NCBI GenBank assembly: GCA_964016885.1
Contig: OZ024742.1
Coordinates: 251,410,001-251,474,000 of the forward strand
DNA: 64,000 bases
Direction of reading: 5' to 3'
From: Eledone cirrhosa
Taxonomy: Eukaryota
Part shown: piece after piece, positions 1 to 10,498 of the stretch
How positions within the stretch are numbered: position 1 is the stretch's first letter
Layout: each line of letters begins with the position of its first letter
The notes under the pieces: model-generated
Told to the model about the DNA's origin: nothing
Databases searched by the model: none
The model's input: the letters and a program-made list of their open reading frames with translations, nothing else
Position numbers and translations under genes: made by a program

Positions 1-66
1 TAAAGTACCAGTAATGCACTGGGTAATTGCTGGCCTTGTGCTGCCTAAAATAGAAACAATTATTAT
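1..66 (+). mobile_element. 3' end of tRNA-head SINE (family A), cut by window edge
   Basis: taaagtaccagtaatgcactgggtaattgctggccttgtg...tagaaacaattatt matches the 3' ends of the copies at 16062, 35106 and 50826. Confidence 0.85.
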
Positions 67-780
67 GGGAGTACCATCAGCCAGGCCTGTCCAAGATGCA
101 CGTTGGGTTATGAGACTGTCCTGCATGCACTTGTCCAGTGTCCAAGCATTGCTGATTTGTGGGCTTATGTCGAACATCTGCTGTCGTGTGTAGGATGGAT
201 CTGGATATCAGCTGAGTCCATCGTGAAGATTGCCCCGCCAACCTCATTTAATCAGGAGGGCCAGGCAGTTTTTATTTGGCCATGGTAAAAGAGATTGTAT
301 GGTGAACGCGTCAGAAAGGGTTAAAGACAGGTACTTTCTTCTTCAGCAACGCCATCATTAACTTTTTCAGGTTTCACCTAAAAAGGATAATCAGGGTGGA
401 GAGGGAAGTGCTGCCTTCCAGCCAGTTTGTTGAAAGGTGGGTGAGAGAGGCAAGAATGGTCCATGACAATGGGCCTGCCCTGAGCGTGTGCCTGTAGTAT
501 CAGGGGAGGAAAACTGGGAGAGGGCGCTTGCTCTAGTGGTCAGGGTGGCCGTGGCTTTTTTGTGGGTTTTCTCCATGAGTGACCCTCAGAAGTCTCCCCC
601 CTATTGGGGAATTTTTCCTTGTTTCATTTTTTTTGTTACATCCTTTGTTTTTATTTTTTATATATATAATTTTGTTTTTGTTTTTTTACACGCAGAAATG
701 CTCATTTGTATTGTCCTGTGTTGTCCTTAATGTTATACTTTATGTCAACCCTTGTAGTTAATAAAGAAAATATTATTATT
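67..780 (+). mobile_element. Decayed 3' end of an L1/Tx1-type LINE (C-terminal zinc knuckle plus 3' UTR)
   Basis: Frame from 88 reads CPRCTLGYETVLHALVQCPSIADLW, a CX2CX8HX4C knuckle typical of L1/Tx1 ORF2; T-rich UTR ending aataaagaaaatattattatt. Confidence 0.75.
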
Positions 781-786
781 AGTAGT

Positions 787-1147
787 AAGTTTATTGAAAG
801 GTGAGTGAAAGTGGCAAGTCTTTCCCCCGGGGGTCACTCATGGCAAAAACCACACAAAAGACCATGGCCACCTGACCACCAGAGCAAGTGCCCTCTCTCT
901 GTTCTCCCACTCTTCAGTCTACAGGCACATACTCAGAGCAGGCCTGTTCACTCGGACCAGACTCGCCACTTTCACCCACCTATTAGGGAATTTTTGTTGT
1001 TTGAATTTTTTAATTTCTTTTTACACATTTCTATTTTCTTGTTATAACCTTTTTACACAGCCAAAACCCACTTTGTATCGTCCTGTACCATTCTGTGCCA
1101 TCTGTAATGTTTTTCTTCATGTTAGCCCTTGTGGCCAATAAAGAAAC

Positions 1148-1199
<52 letters not shown>
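787..1199 (+). mobile_element. Second 3' fragment of the same L1/Tx1 family with an internal inversion and (ATT)n tail
   Basis: About 821-981 is the reverse complement of about 434-600; the flanking parts are co-linear with 422-455 and 601-775; ends aataaagaaacc(att)n. Confidence 0.7.
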
Positions 1200-1200
<1 letters not shown>

Positions 1201-1203
1201 CAG

Positions 1204-1364
1204 ATTCAGAAGTGTTTTCCTGGGGGAACAGTTCCCGTGGTCGACTTGGCAGAAGTACTGAGAACAGTGGCACTCCACAGAAGATTACTTTTCCAGATGA
1301 CCCTTTCACAGTGACCTCAGTATCATGTAGCTATGGTAACACACTCATTGCTACCAAACATTAA
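1204..1364 (+). CDS. NEK8: Last coding exon of NIMA-related kinase NEK8-like (final RCC1 repeat); upstream exons lie outside the window
   Basis: ccag acceptor at 1200-1203, then (D)SEVFSWGNSSRGRLGRSTENSGTPQKITFPDDPFTVTSVSCSYGNTLIATKH*. This aligns from memory with the vertebrate NEK8 C-terminus (SEVYSWGKGARGRLGR...PYTVTSVSCCHGNTLLA). Confidence 0.85.
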
Positions 1365-1526
1365 CACCTGTTCTAATGAAACTTGTGCAGCTGTAAGAAC
1401 TACACCTGCAATAGTTTCAGTTATGTGATTGTCCCATGTGACTAACACATGCCTCAATTCTAGTCATATAACTTCACATATACACACCACAGCTGCATTA
1501 CTAGTTGTGATGTGTGTGTGTGTAGT

Positions 1527-2210
1527 ATCATCATCATCATCATTTTATGTCTGCTGTTTCATGCTTGCATGTGTTGGACGGGTCTTTTTTAACACAGAAT
1601 CTCTCAACTCATCATGTTCTTTTGCCAGCTCCTTGTGAGCTTCAGAAACTTGAGATCTTTTCTACCATCTCCATCCAAGTCTTCCTTGGTTTTCCTCTAA
1701 TGCAGTTCCCTTCACTGGAATTTCTTGGCACTTTTTCACCCACTGATTATCATCCATACACATTACATGTCTACATCAGCACAATCTTGTCTCTTGCACT
1801 CTACATCTGATTCCTTTTATACATAGTTTCTTGCTCAGTTCATTCATGCTTTGTCATTCAAGCACATTAATATTGCACATCCATCAAAGCATACTTGCTT
1901 CATTTCTCTCCATCCATTACATATCCTCTGCATTCACGGCTCATGTCTCACTACCATGCATTCATAGGGTGAGACCCTTCATTGTCACAAAGATAGTAGC
2001 TCTCTTACCCACTTCCATCCTGTGCTTATTCTAGCTACAATGCTCTCAGAGCACCCTCCTCCACAGCTAATCGTATCACCTATGTAGCAGAAGCTGTTAA
2101 CCACTTCTATGGTCCCAACCTGTGATTGGAAAAGGTTTATATCATTGGAACACTAACTATGAATTGTCCCTGAACACCTACTGTATATAAAGTTATCCCA
2201 CTATACCTCT
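1527..2210 (-). mobile_element. Old, decayed RTE LINE 3' fragment
   Basis: (CAT)n tail complement at 1527; minus-strand remnants of the F.YLG, ETWA and LERNEASML motifs shared with intact copies. Confidence 0.75.
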
Positions 2211-2471
2211 TGTATACCAAAGATTTGCATTGTGTAGACCAAGTCAGTACTGGAGCGGGGCTACTGACCTCCCAGACAGGCGAAGAGTCTGTATTCATAT
2301 GTATGGTCATATCGAGTGCAGAGAAGTTGTTATATCTTTTGACACAAACTGAAGGGTCCTCCTAGCCCCTTGTTTGGCAAGTTTTCTATGGCTGGATGCC
2401 ATTCCTAACACCAACCACCGTACAGCATGTACTGTGTACTGAATGCTAACAAAATAATATGTATATATATA

Positions 2472-2509
<38 letters not shown>

Positions 2510-2514
<5 letters not shown>

Positions 2515-3600
2515 AACCCATTTCCCCTTGTTAATCACCCCTCCCAATACCCATTCCAAAGAAACTATAAATACTGCAACTGAAAAAAATTGCTTGACTT
2601 TCCTGATGATTTCTTGTGAATGAAAAAGTTCTAGTCCTGTAGAAGTCATTTCTATAAAGAAATAAATATGCCTATATTCAACTAATGATTTGTGTACCTT
2701 TTTAAACTGTGGTCACCTTCCATATACAATGGGAATCCACCTATAATTCATCCCTTAACAACCACTGTTACTGAAAATGATCATCAAACTGGACATAGGT
2801 ACTACAAATAAAACATCCATACACCCACAAAAATACTCTACTTTAAAACCTTGATCAAGAGAACAGATGAGTTTATCAACAGTATTAGATGAATTTTTCT
2901 TCTTCGACAATCCTAATGTAGTATCCACAAATGAGGAAAAGTTTGGGTTCAAAACCAACAAGCTATTAGAACCCATTGAGAAGGACCTCTTCTAAATGAT
3001 CAAGAATGTGAAGTCTGCAAGACTAATATACTCTTCCAGAACTAACTGAGCTACAAGAAATAAAAAATCTGCAAACATCTACATCCCCTCAAACAAAAAC
3101 AAAAAATCTCTATGACATAGATCTACCAACATACAATCGACTGCTGCACAATGGCATAACCAGCTTTTACAAAAAGTTCTAGATATTACCAACACAAAGA
3201 GAAAAAGTAAATGACCAGACTGAACCCTTAAGAATAAAACTCCACACTTTACCTTCAAGGACCACAAACCAACTTTCGAAAGAAAGCCTACTATATGGCT
3301 TACAAGCCCACCCACTTGGACATTGGAACTATGAATACAAAGATACTTGACAGAATCATCGCATTGGGTTGATGTGCCTCACCACTTACCCTATGGAGAA
3401 AACTTCCAAGGCCATTATGTGGTTTCAAAGCCTATCTGACAGGCAAAACACCTGCTTTCTGCAATTGGACATAGAAGATTATTATGTTTCAATCACCAAC
3501 CCTCTAGTTAATGACACACTGGGCTTTGCCAAAATACAAAAGTATCAGATGAAGAATGCGAATTCATCCTCCATGCACAGAAGACCTTTCTTTACCTTGA
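2510..3600 (+). mobile_element. Decayed Penelope-like element: pseudo-LTR plus N-terminal RT remnant
   Basis: FGFKT at about 2942; KTSKAIMWFQSLSDRQNTCFLQLDIEDYYVSITNPLVNDTLGFA (3369 ORF) resembles the PLE RT motif F..FDI..FYPSI; decayed hammerhead-like motif at 2596-2648. Confidence 0.7.
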
Positions 3601-3928
3601 AGGATATATATATATATATGTGTGTGTGTGTGTATTAAATAGTATAGTTAATACAAAGCATTGTGAGATATGTAATAAAAGACCAATAAGTTTCAAAATG
3701 CTGGTACAATGCAGTAGAAATATATAAAGGGTAAAGGATGACAAATAAAACAAAACAAAGTAATGTTTTACTCAGTATATTTCAATGTGGTGTGTCAGGG
3801 CTATGACTCTAATGTATGAAGCAGATTAGTTACTAGAATAACTCCACACTTGCATATTTCAGCCAATTAAGGAGGAACACATCGATCATTTGTTTTTGTT
3901 TTGAACCATTTCTGCTTCACAATTTAGA

Positions 3929-4576
3929 AGAGGGTATTAGCCCTGAAATACCACAAGAGGGTATTAGCTCTGAAATACCACAAGAGGGTATTAGCCCTGA
4001 AATACCACAAGAGGGTATTAGCCCTGAAATACCACAAGAGGGTATTAGCCCTGAAATACCACAAGAGGGTATTAGCTCTGAAATACCACAAGAGGGTATT
4101 AGCCCTGAAATACCACAAGAGGGTATTAGCCCTGAAATACCACAAGAGGGTATTAGCCCTGAAATACCACAAGAGGGTATTAGCCCTGAAATACCACAAG
4201 AGGGTATTAGCTCTGAAATACCACAAGAGGGTATTACCCCTGAAATACCACAAGAGGGTATTAGCCCTGAAATACCACAAGAGGGTATTAGCCCTGAAAT
4301 ACCACAAGAGGGTATTAGCCCTGAAATACCACAAGAGGGTATTAGCCCTGAAATACCACAAGAGGGTATTAGCTCTGAAATACCACAAGAGGGTATTAGC
4401 CCTGAAATACCACAAGAGGGTATTAGCCCTGAAATACCACAAGAGGGTATTAGCTCTGAAATACCACAAGAGGGTATTAGCCCTGAAATACCACAAGAGG
4501 GTATTAGCCCTGAAATACCACAAGAGGGTATTAGCCCTGAAATACCACAAGAGGGTATTAGCTCTGAAATACCACA
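3929..4576. repeat. Minisatellite, 24 copies of a 27-bp unit (agggtattagccctgaaataccacaag)
   Basis: Units start at 3931+27n. Variants: gccc>gctc in copies 2, 6, 11, 17, 20, 24; one g>c in copy 12. Confidence 0.97.
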
Positions 4577-5339
4577 TAAAAATATACTGGATAAAACATA
4601 ATTTTTTTTTTGTTTTATATATCATCCTTTGCTCATTATATATACTAGCAGAAAAACCACCCTTTGGATGTTTTTTCTGCTACCATGTGTAGTGTGTATA
4701 TTGATATTATATGCATGTAGATATGATGCATCAAATAAAATTGTAATTGACAATATACACAGTAACTTAATCCATGATACATTAAAAAAAGACGATATTA
4801 TATATAAACTGCATTAGGAGATAATTAGTGACAGAAATATATGAAAATTTATTTAAGCGACTGCTAATCGGAAGTGTTGACATTTGAATATTTTAAAGAA
4901 GTGAATCTTTAAATAAGTAATAAAATATATTTAATGAACAGCCACGAAATTTAGTAGATAAATTATGTAATATTCATTTATTATTTATTCAAAGTAATAT
5001 AACTTATTTTACTAATGGGATAAAAAATTATAAACCGTACGCAGTCCCGCGCTCCTTACTTTATTATAGTTTACATTTTTACCACATTTTGCTGGCTTTT
5101 TAAAATTTATCAGTATGTATATATATATATATATAGTTGGTGTTAGGAAGGGGATCCAGCCATAGAAAACCTGCCAGACAGTCCTATACGAGCAAGACAA
5201 CCAATCTTGCCTCAAGTGGGACAATTCCCATCTAAACCCATGCTAGCATGGAAGATAGACATTAAACGATGATGATGATGATGATGATATATATGTGTGT
5301 GTGTAATATGTATGGTGCCACGACAAAAAAGATCCCAGC

Positions 5340-5768
5340 TGTTTTACGTACGTTCTTCCACGCCAGCATGGGTTAGACAGGTTGTCCTGTTGTGGGCAGT
5401 GTCCGGTTGACTGACCTTGTCTTGCTCATACGGGAACTGATTCTTGCTTGATTTCTACAGCTGAATGCCCTTCCTAACACCAACCTCATTTACAGTGAGT
5501 GCTGGGTGCTTTTTTTTTCCCGTGGCGCCTACACGTCCACTTTACAGTGAGTGCTGGGTGCTTTTTTGCTGTGGCACCTCCACAACCACTTTGCAGTGGA
5601 ATGATAGGGACTCCAGTCTTATCATCTCATTTCTACAGCTGAGTAAACTGGAGCAATGTGAAATAAAGAGTCTTGCTCAAGGAAACAACACATCACCCAG
5701 TCCGAGAATTGAACTCACAACCTTTCAATTGCAAGCCCAATGCTCTAACCACTAAGCCATGTGCCTTC
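5340..5768 (-). mobile_element. tRNA-head CORE-like SINE (family B) with RTE-derived 3' tail
   Basis: Minus strand: ggcacatggcttagtggttagagc (A box), gttcaattc (B box), cttgagcaagac...tttatttcac, then the RTE 3' UTR motif ggtgttaggaagggcat. Confidence 0.85.
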
Positions 5769-5774
5769 ACTCCC

Positions 5775-6247
5775 TATGTACAAAAAGAAACTGTATGATG
5801 CCTGTGTGTGAAGTGCAATGCTGCATGGTAGGGAAACATGGCCAGTGAGTGCAGAGGACATGCGTAGACTGGAAAGAAATGAAGCAACCATGCTTTGTTG
5901 GATGTGCAATGTTAATGTGAGAGAAAGTCAAAGTTTGGACGAGATGAGGGAGAAACTAGGTTTAAGTGGTATCTTAGGTGGTGTGCAGGAGAGAAGACAG
6001 TGTTGATATAGACATGTGATGAGCATGAACACTGGTTGAAGAAATGCCAGGAAATCCCAGTACAAGGAAGCCACAGTAGAGGTAGATCAAGAAAGGCCTG
6101 GGGAGAGCTGGTGAAAGCTGACCACAAATCACTGAAACTCACGGAGGGGATGACGAAGAAATGCGGTGAGTGGAAAGATGCTGTGCTGAGAAGGACCCAT
6201 CGAACCCATGCAAGCATGGAAAAATTGACATAAAAACGATGTTGATA
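5775..6247 (+). mobile_element. Decayed RTE LINE 3' fragment
   Basis: MLHGRETWPVSAEDMRRLERNEATML...; GRSRKAW; tail aaaacgatgttgat. Confidence 0.85.
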
Positions 6248-6251
6248 CATA

Positions 6252-6293
<42 letters not shown>

Positions 6294-6460
6294 GAATATA
6301 TATATATATATATATATACATATATATGTAAAAGTTCTATTTAAATTGTTGGGATACAACAAGCAAATATTTTTATAACTGATATAAAGCACTCAACAAA
6401 TATTTGGAGTAAAAATACGATATTAACAAATGGAAACTATATTTATAAAACCATATTTAT

Positions 6461-6519
6461 TTCATTATACATATTTCAAGGACACCAAGTTAAATTATGG
6501 TGTGCTTTCATCAGATAAA
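6461..6519 (-). ncRNA. Type I hammerhead ribozyme motif (minimal stem III)
   Basis: Minus strand: tttat CTGATGA aagcacacca-loop-tggtgtcctt GAAA tatgta TA atgaa. Stem I has 5 pairs, stem II 9 of 10; stem III ATATGTAT is one change from the palindrome ATACGTAT. Confidence 0.7.
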
Positions 6520-7024
6520 ATATAATATAGAGCAGTTTTATAAATAAATATTGACATACCCTTAAAGAATGCAACCATTACTGTTGGAAGCTCTCGGATA
6601 GTGGAGTTATAACTTTAATTATATTATTAGGTAAGTTAGTATTGGATATTTTTAAATAAGCCGTTGGGTTACGGAGAAAGAGAAAGAGAGAGAAAGAGCA
6701 GAACAACAGAGAGAAAAAGATAGAGAGAGAGGAGACAGAGAAAGGAGAGAGAACGAAAACTCTAAGTCATATCTTGTTGAGTTATCTTAACATTTGAGAT
6801 GAAATGAATAAATAAAATTAGAAATGTTAATAATCATGAATGGAATATACATATATATGAGAAATTTAACCATTGTTTAAATATGATTAGATGTTTAGTT
6901 AATCAGTTAAATATTGAGATCAATACATTAAAAATTGGGATCTATATATTAAGAAATCTATATATTATTATTAAGACTATATTGTTAAAGATCTATATAT
7001 TATATAACACGTATACATATATAT

Positions 7025-8107
7025 ATTTATATCCAAAATTAAGATAAATCAAAGTGAATTTAATCTAAATCAAAATTATGGGTGTCATGCCAGAAAGGCA
7101 GGCGCCATATCACCCGTAAAATAAGCTCCAAGATTCTAATGAATAGGTCTGAGCATTTTATAACAACTAGAAATTGATTAACATATAAATAAACATATGA
7201 AACAATCACAGGGGATAATTTTTACAAGTGTGTAAGCACACATAGCTAGGTGGGTAACTAAATAAAGTTAACTAGAACTTCAAAAATAGATACCTTATAA
7301 TATGATTAATCTTCCCTGTATATATTCCATTAAAGAAATATATTTCACCAATTAATCGAATGGTAAACCACGGAGGCCGATACTTGGATTTTTAACAAGG
7401 AAGAAGTCCAGCCATGTGTGTTTACGCATCAAGTTCAAATCAGCGACTGGCCAGTAACACGTGCTGTATATACTAAAAATACACACATCATACCAGCTTC
7501 GTCCCAGTGGCGTGAATAGGGTTATCGACAACTAGAAACAGCAGTCAAGTCCTTTCAACAGAGTTAGCTCTACAATTAAGGAGCCGTATTTATATATCTA
7601 TATCCAAAATTAAGATAAATCAAAGTGAATTTAATCTAAATCAAAATTATGGGTGTCATGCCAGGAAGGCATGCGCCATATCACCCGCAAAATAAGCTCC
7701 AAGATTCTAATGAATAGGTCCGAGCATTTTATAACAACTAGAAATTGATTAACATATAAATAAACATATGAAACAATCACAGGGGATAATTTTTACAAGT
7801 GTGTAAGCACGCATAGCTAGGTAGGTAACTAAATAAAGTTAACTAGAACTTCAAAAATAGATACCTTATAGAAAATCCAAGTATCGGCCTCCGTGGTTTA
7901 CCATTCGATTAATTGGTGAAATATATTTCTTTAATGGAATATATACAGGGGGGAAGATTAATCATATTATAAGGTATCTATTTTTGAAGTTCTAGTTAAC
8001 TTTATTTAGTTACCCACCTAGTTATGTGTGCTTGCACACTTGTAAAAATTATCCCCTGTGGTTGTTTCATATGTTTATTTATATGTTAATCAATTTCTAG
8101 TTGTTAT
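7025..8107. repeat. Non-coding unit of about 570 bp present as 1.5 tandem copies plus an inverted copy (pseudo-LTR-like)
   Basis: 7025-7298 recurs at about 7595-7870; 7871-8107 is the reverse complement of about 7158-7392; (TA)n on both sides. Confidence 0.85.
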
Positions 8108-8184
8108 ATATATATACATATATATGTTTGTGTGTATAATATATGTATGTATATATGCATATTTGAAACTCGTCAAAGAGAACA

Positions 8185-8568
8185 CTTAACACTGAAAAGG
8201 AAGGTGAGGAAAAGGGACTGTTCTGAACTGCCTGCTGTTTAGTAGCATCTGGTGTGCCAGCACTGTGGTTGAGTCTGCCTGAGCAAAGCTGGTTTGATTA
8301 GACATGAACAAAGTCATATCAGTAGACCTCATGTAGATTATAATCTGAAAAGGTGTAAGGAATGTGCAAGCATGGGAGGTCTTAAAAGACATATGTGAAT
8401 ACACAGTCAGAACCAAGCAGTGGAAAGTCCCAGAGGAGCCTACAGTTGCCATGTGTGTGCCAGAGGGTGCAAGTCTTTGGCTGGTTTAAAGAGCCACATT
8501 CGTGCCTCACATTTTTTAGCATTTTATCAGGCGATGGCATTGCTCGAACACGAGTTTGCAGCCATCAT
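8185..8568 (+). mobile_element. Decayed LINE 3' end (probably RTE clade) with a C-terminal C2H2-like finger
   Basis: About 8447-8505 reads CHVCARGCKSLAGLKSHIR, followed by a short UTR and (TA)n. Confidence 0.55.
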
Positions 8569-8619
8569 ATATATATATATATCCACACCATAAGGACCCC
8601 CCCCCCAATAAACACATAG

Positions 8620-10464
8620 CACATAATGAATCAAACCAACGATGGAACAAGACCTACTCATGTTCTGTCCTATGGTATAACCCACTCCAGTGTTCAGGGC
8701 TTAAAACTATCATCAGCCAACTTTTTTTCAAGATACTAGATAAATGTTTCCCGAGATTGCGTAGGTACAGCAGGATAATCAATAGGCACACAGTTAAGTT
8801 ATCATACCCAATCACTAAAAATCTAGCCCAAACCATAACTAAGATTAACAATAGCAAATTGGAACATAAACAGTGCTTGTGCTCTCATATTACATAAATA
8901 CCTTGAAACATTGCAAGTGACCTAACAGACACAACTCCATTCACCCACACCAGATAGTGAACGACCCCTATAGACATAATTACAACACATATTAACAACA
9001 ATGAATGCAACTGTAGAATTCTAGCTAACTGCCCTGTATAGAATAAAAGCTTGCATAAAAATGTAGTATATGAGTGTAAGGTTACCACTAGTGACACAAC
9101 ATACTGATATCACAGCAACCAGATTTAAGGATAGGTGGTACAACTATCACCACTCCTTCAACTGGATTGATAAGCAATGGAGCATGGCACTACCCAAGCT
9201 TATATGTTGGCTTAAGCTGGATGAAACAATATTATCTATCATGGTTAATGTTTGCAATCTTGCATGAGTGGATGTTTCTCATGTGGTTGCGATCTTTGCA
9301 CTACTGAAGTTCTGAATATTATACATGCTGGGCCCCAAATAATAAACAAACATTCAAACTTCTTCAACACATGTAGGCGCAAGATATCTAAAACTTTCCT
9401 GAGATTCTTTAGTTAGCTTTGTTTGTAGGCTTTAACCTTGTACCCCACTCTTTAACGTGAATTTGACTAAATAATTACCTTGTACTGGATTGTGCTGATA
9501 CACTTACCTATCCAGCCTACGGATGGCCAAGCCCTTCCACATCTTTTAGATAGTTCTACTGTTCCTCTTATAACACCTCGATTCAATAAACTTATTACAC
9601 CTTGATTAATTAGTCATTTTGATTCATTAGTCGCTAAACATTATCCATTCACTCTGTGGAAAATATTTACCCCTGCTGGCGCCTACAGGTATTGCCCTGG
9701 ATGTGTGCATGATGCATAGTCTGTCTGTATTTGCATGTAACAAAATGCTATGCAACCTTGCACTCCCATACTTAGATATGACAATGCATAACCATTGTAT
9801 GTACATGTTTGATTATAATATACACATATATACGAGTATATATTTTTATATATTTTTTATAATTACCCATGTATGTATGTACATACACACATGTTTTCTA
9901 GGCATGTGTATGTGTGAGTATATGGCTTCAACCATATTTTGTAACCCAACTAGAACAGACTTACAGAAATGTTTATATATTCTACCAATAAACACAACAA
10001 ACACCCTTACTCCCATATATACTACAGAGGAGCGTGCTAAACCTTTCTGAGTTTAAATTTGGTGCCAGTAAGGCAGCACTTGAATATCGAAGCTACCCCC
10101 AAATAGAAAAATAATTTTTTAAATAATAAAATTAACCAGCCTACATTTTACGCCTTGTAAATCAAAGTTGATGACTTGGCTTCGTAACTTGACACCTTTA
10201 GACCCGTGACTTACTTCCGCCACCTAATACTAACAAGCCATATCTCCCACCCTTTCTTGCCTCTTGCCATTGTTTGTACATCATATGCTTGCTATAGCGA
10301 GTATATCAAAAGCAAAATATTATTAAACCTAAATACCTGTCTGATGACAACACATTAAATAATTGTTACACAATGAATGTGATGTCTTTGAAATGTGCTT
10401 AACAGGAAGATCTAATAAACTGAGGATGTATACATGATACTGTCTCTTTTCTTTTTGATAATAA

Positions 10465-10465
<1 letters not shown>
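8620..10465 (+). mobile_element. Decayed Penelope-like element: linker, GIY-YIG endonuclease, 3' UTR and pseudo-LTR
   Basis: VLWYNPL...FFKILDKCFP...IINRHTVKLSY; CNCR..NCP...NVVYECKVT...TRFKDRWYNYHHSF; hammerhead motif near the 3' end. Confidence 0.8.
10336..10406 (+). ncRNA. Type I hammerhead ribozyme motif in a PLE pseudo-LTR (decayed stems II and III)
   Basis: cctgt CTGATGA caacacatt...aatgtgatgtcttt GAAA tgtgct TA acagg; perfect 5-bp stem I; related copy with a mutated core at about 33035-33103 (-). Confidence 0.65.

Positions 10466-10497
<32 letters not shown>

Positions 10498-10498
<1 letters not shown>

Noticed and set aside
3924-4625. 233-aa (LLWYFRANT)n ORF, or a CRISPR-like array
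   Set aside because: Pure tandem repeat with no unique spacers and no cas genes; the ORF follows from a 27-bp stop-free unit
4645-5130. Third Helitron (tactagcag end on the minus strand)
   Set aside because: Terminal hairpin too decayed and the other end is not identifiable
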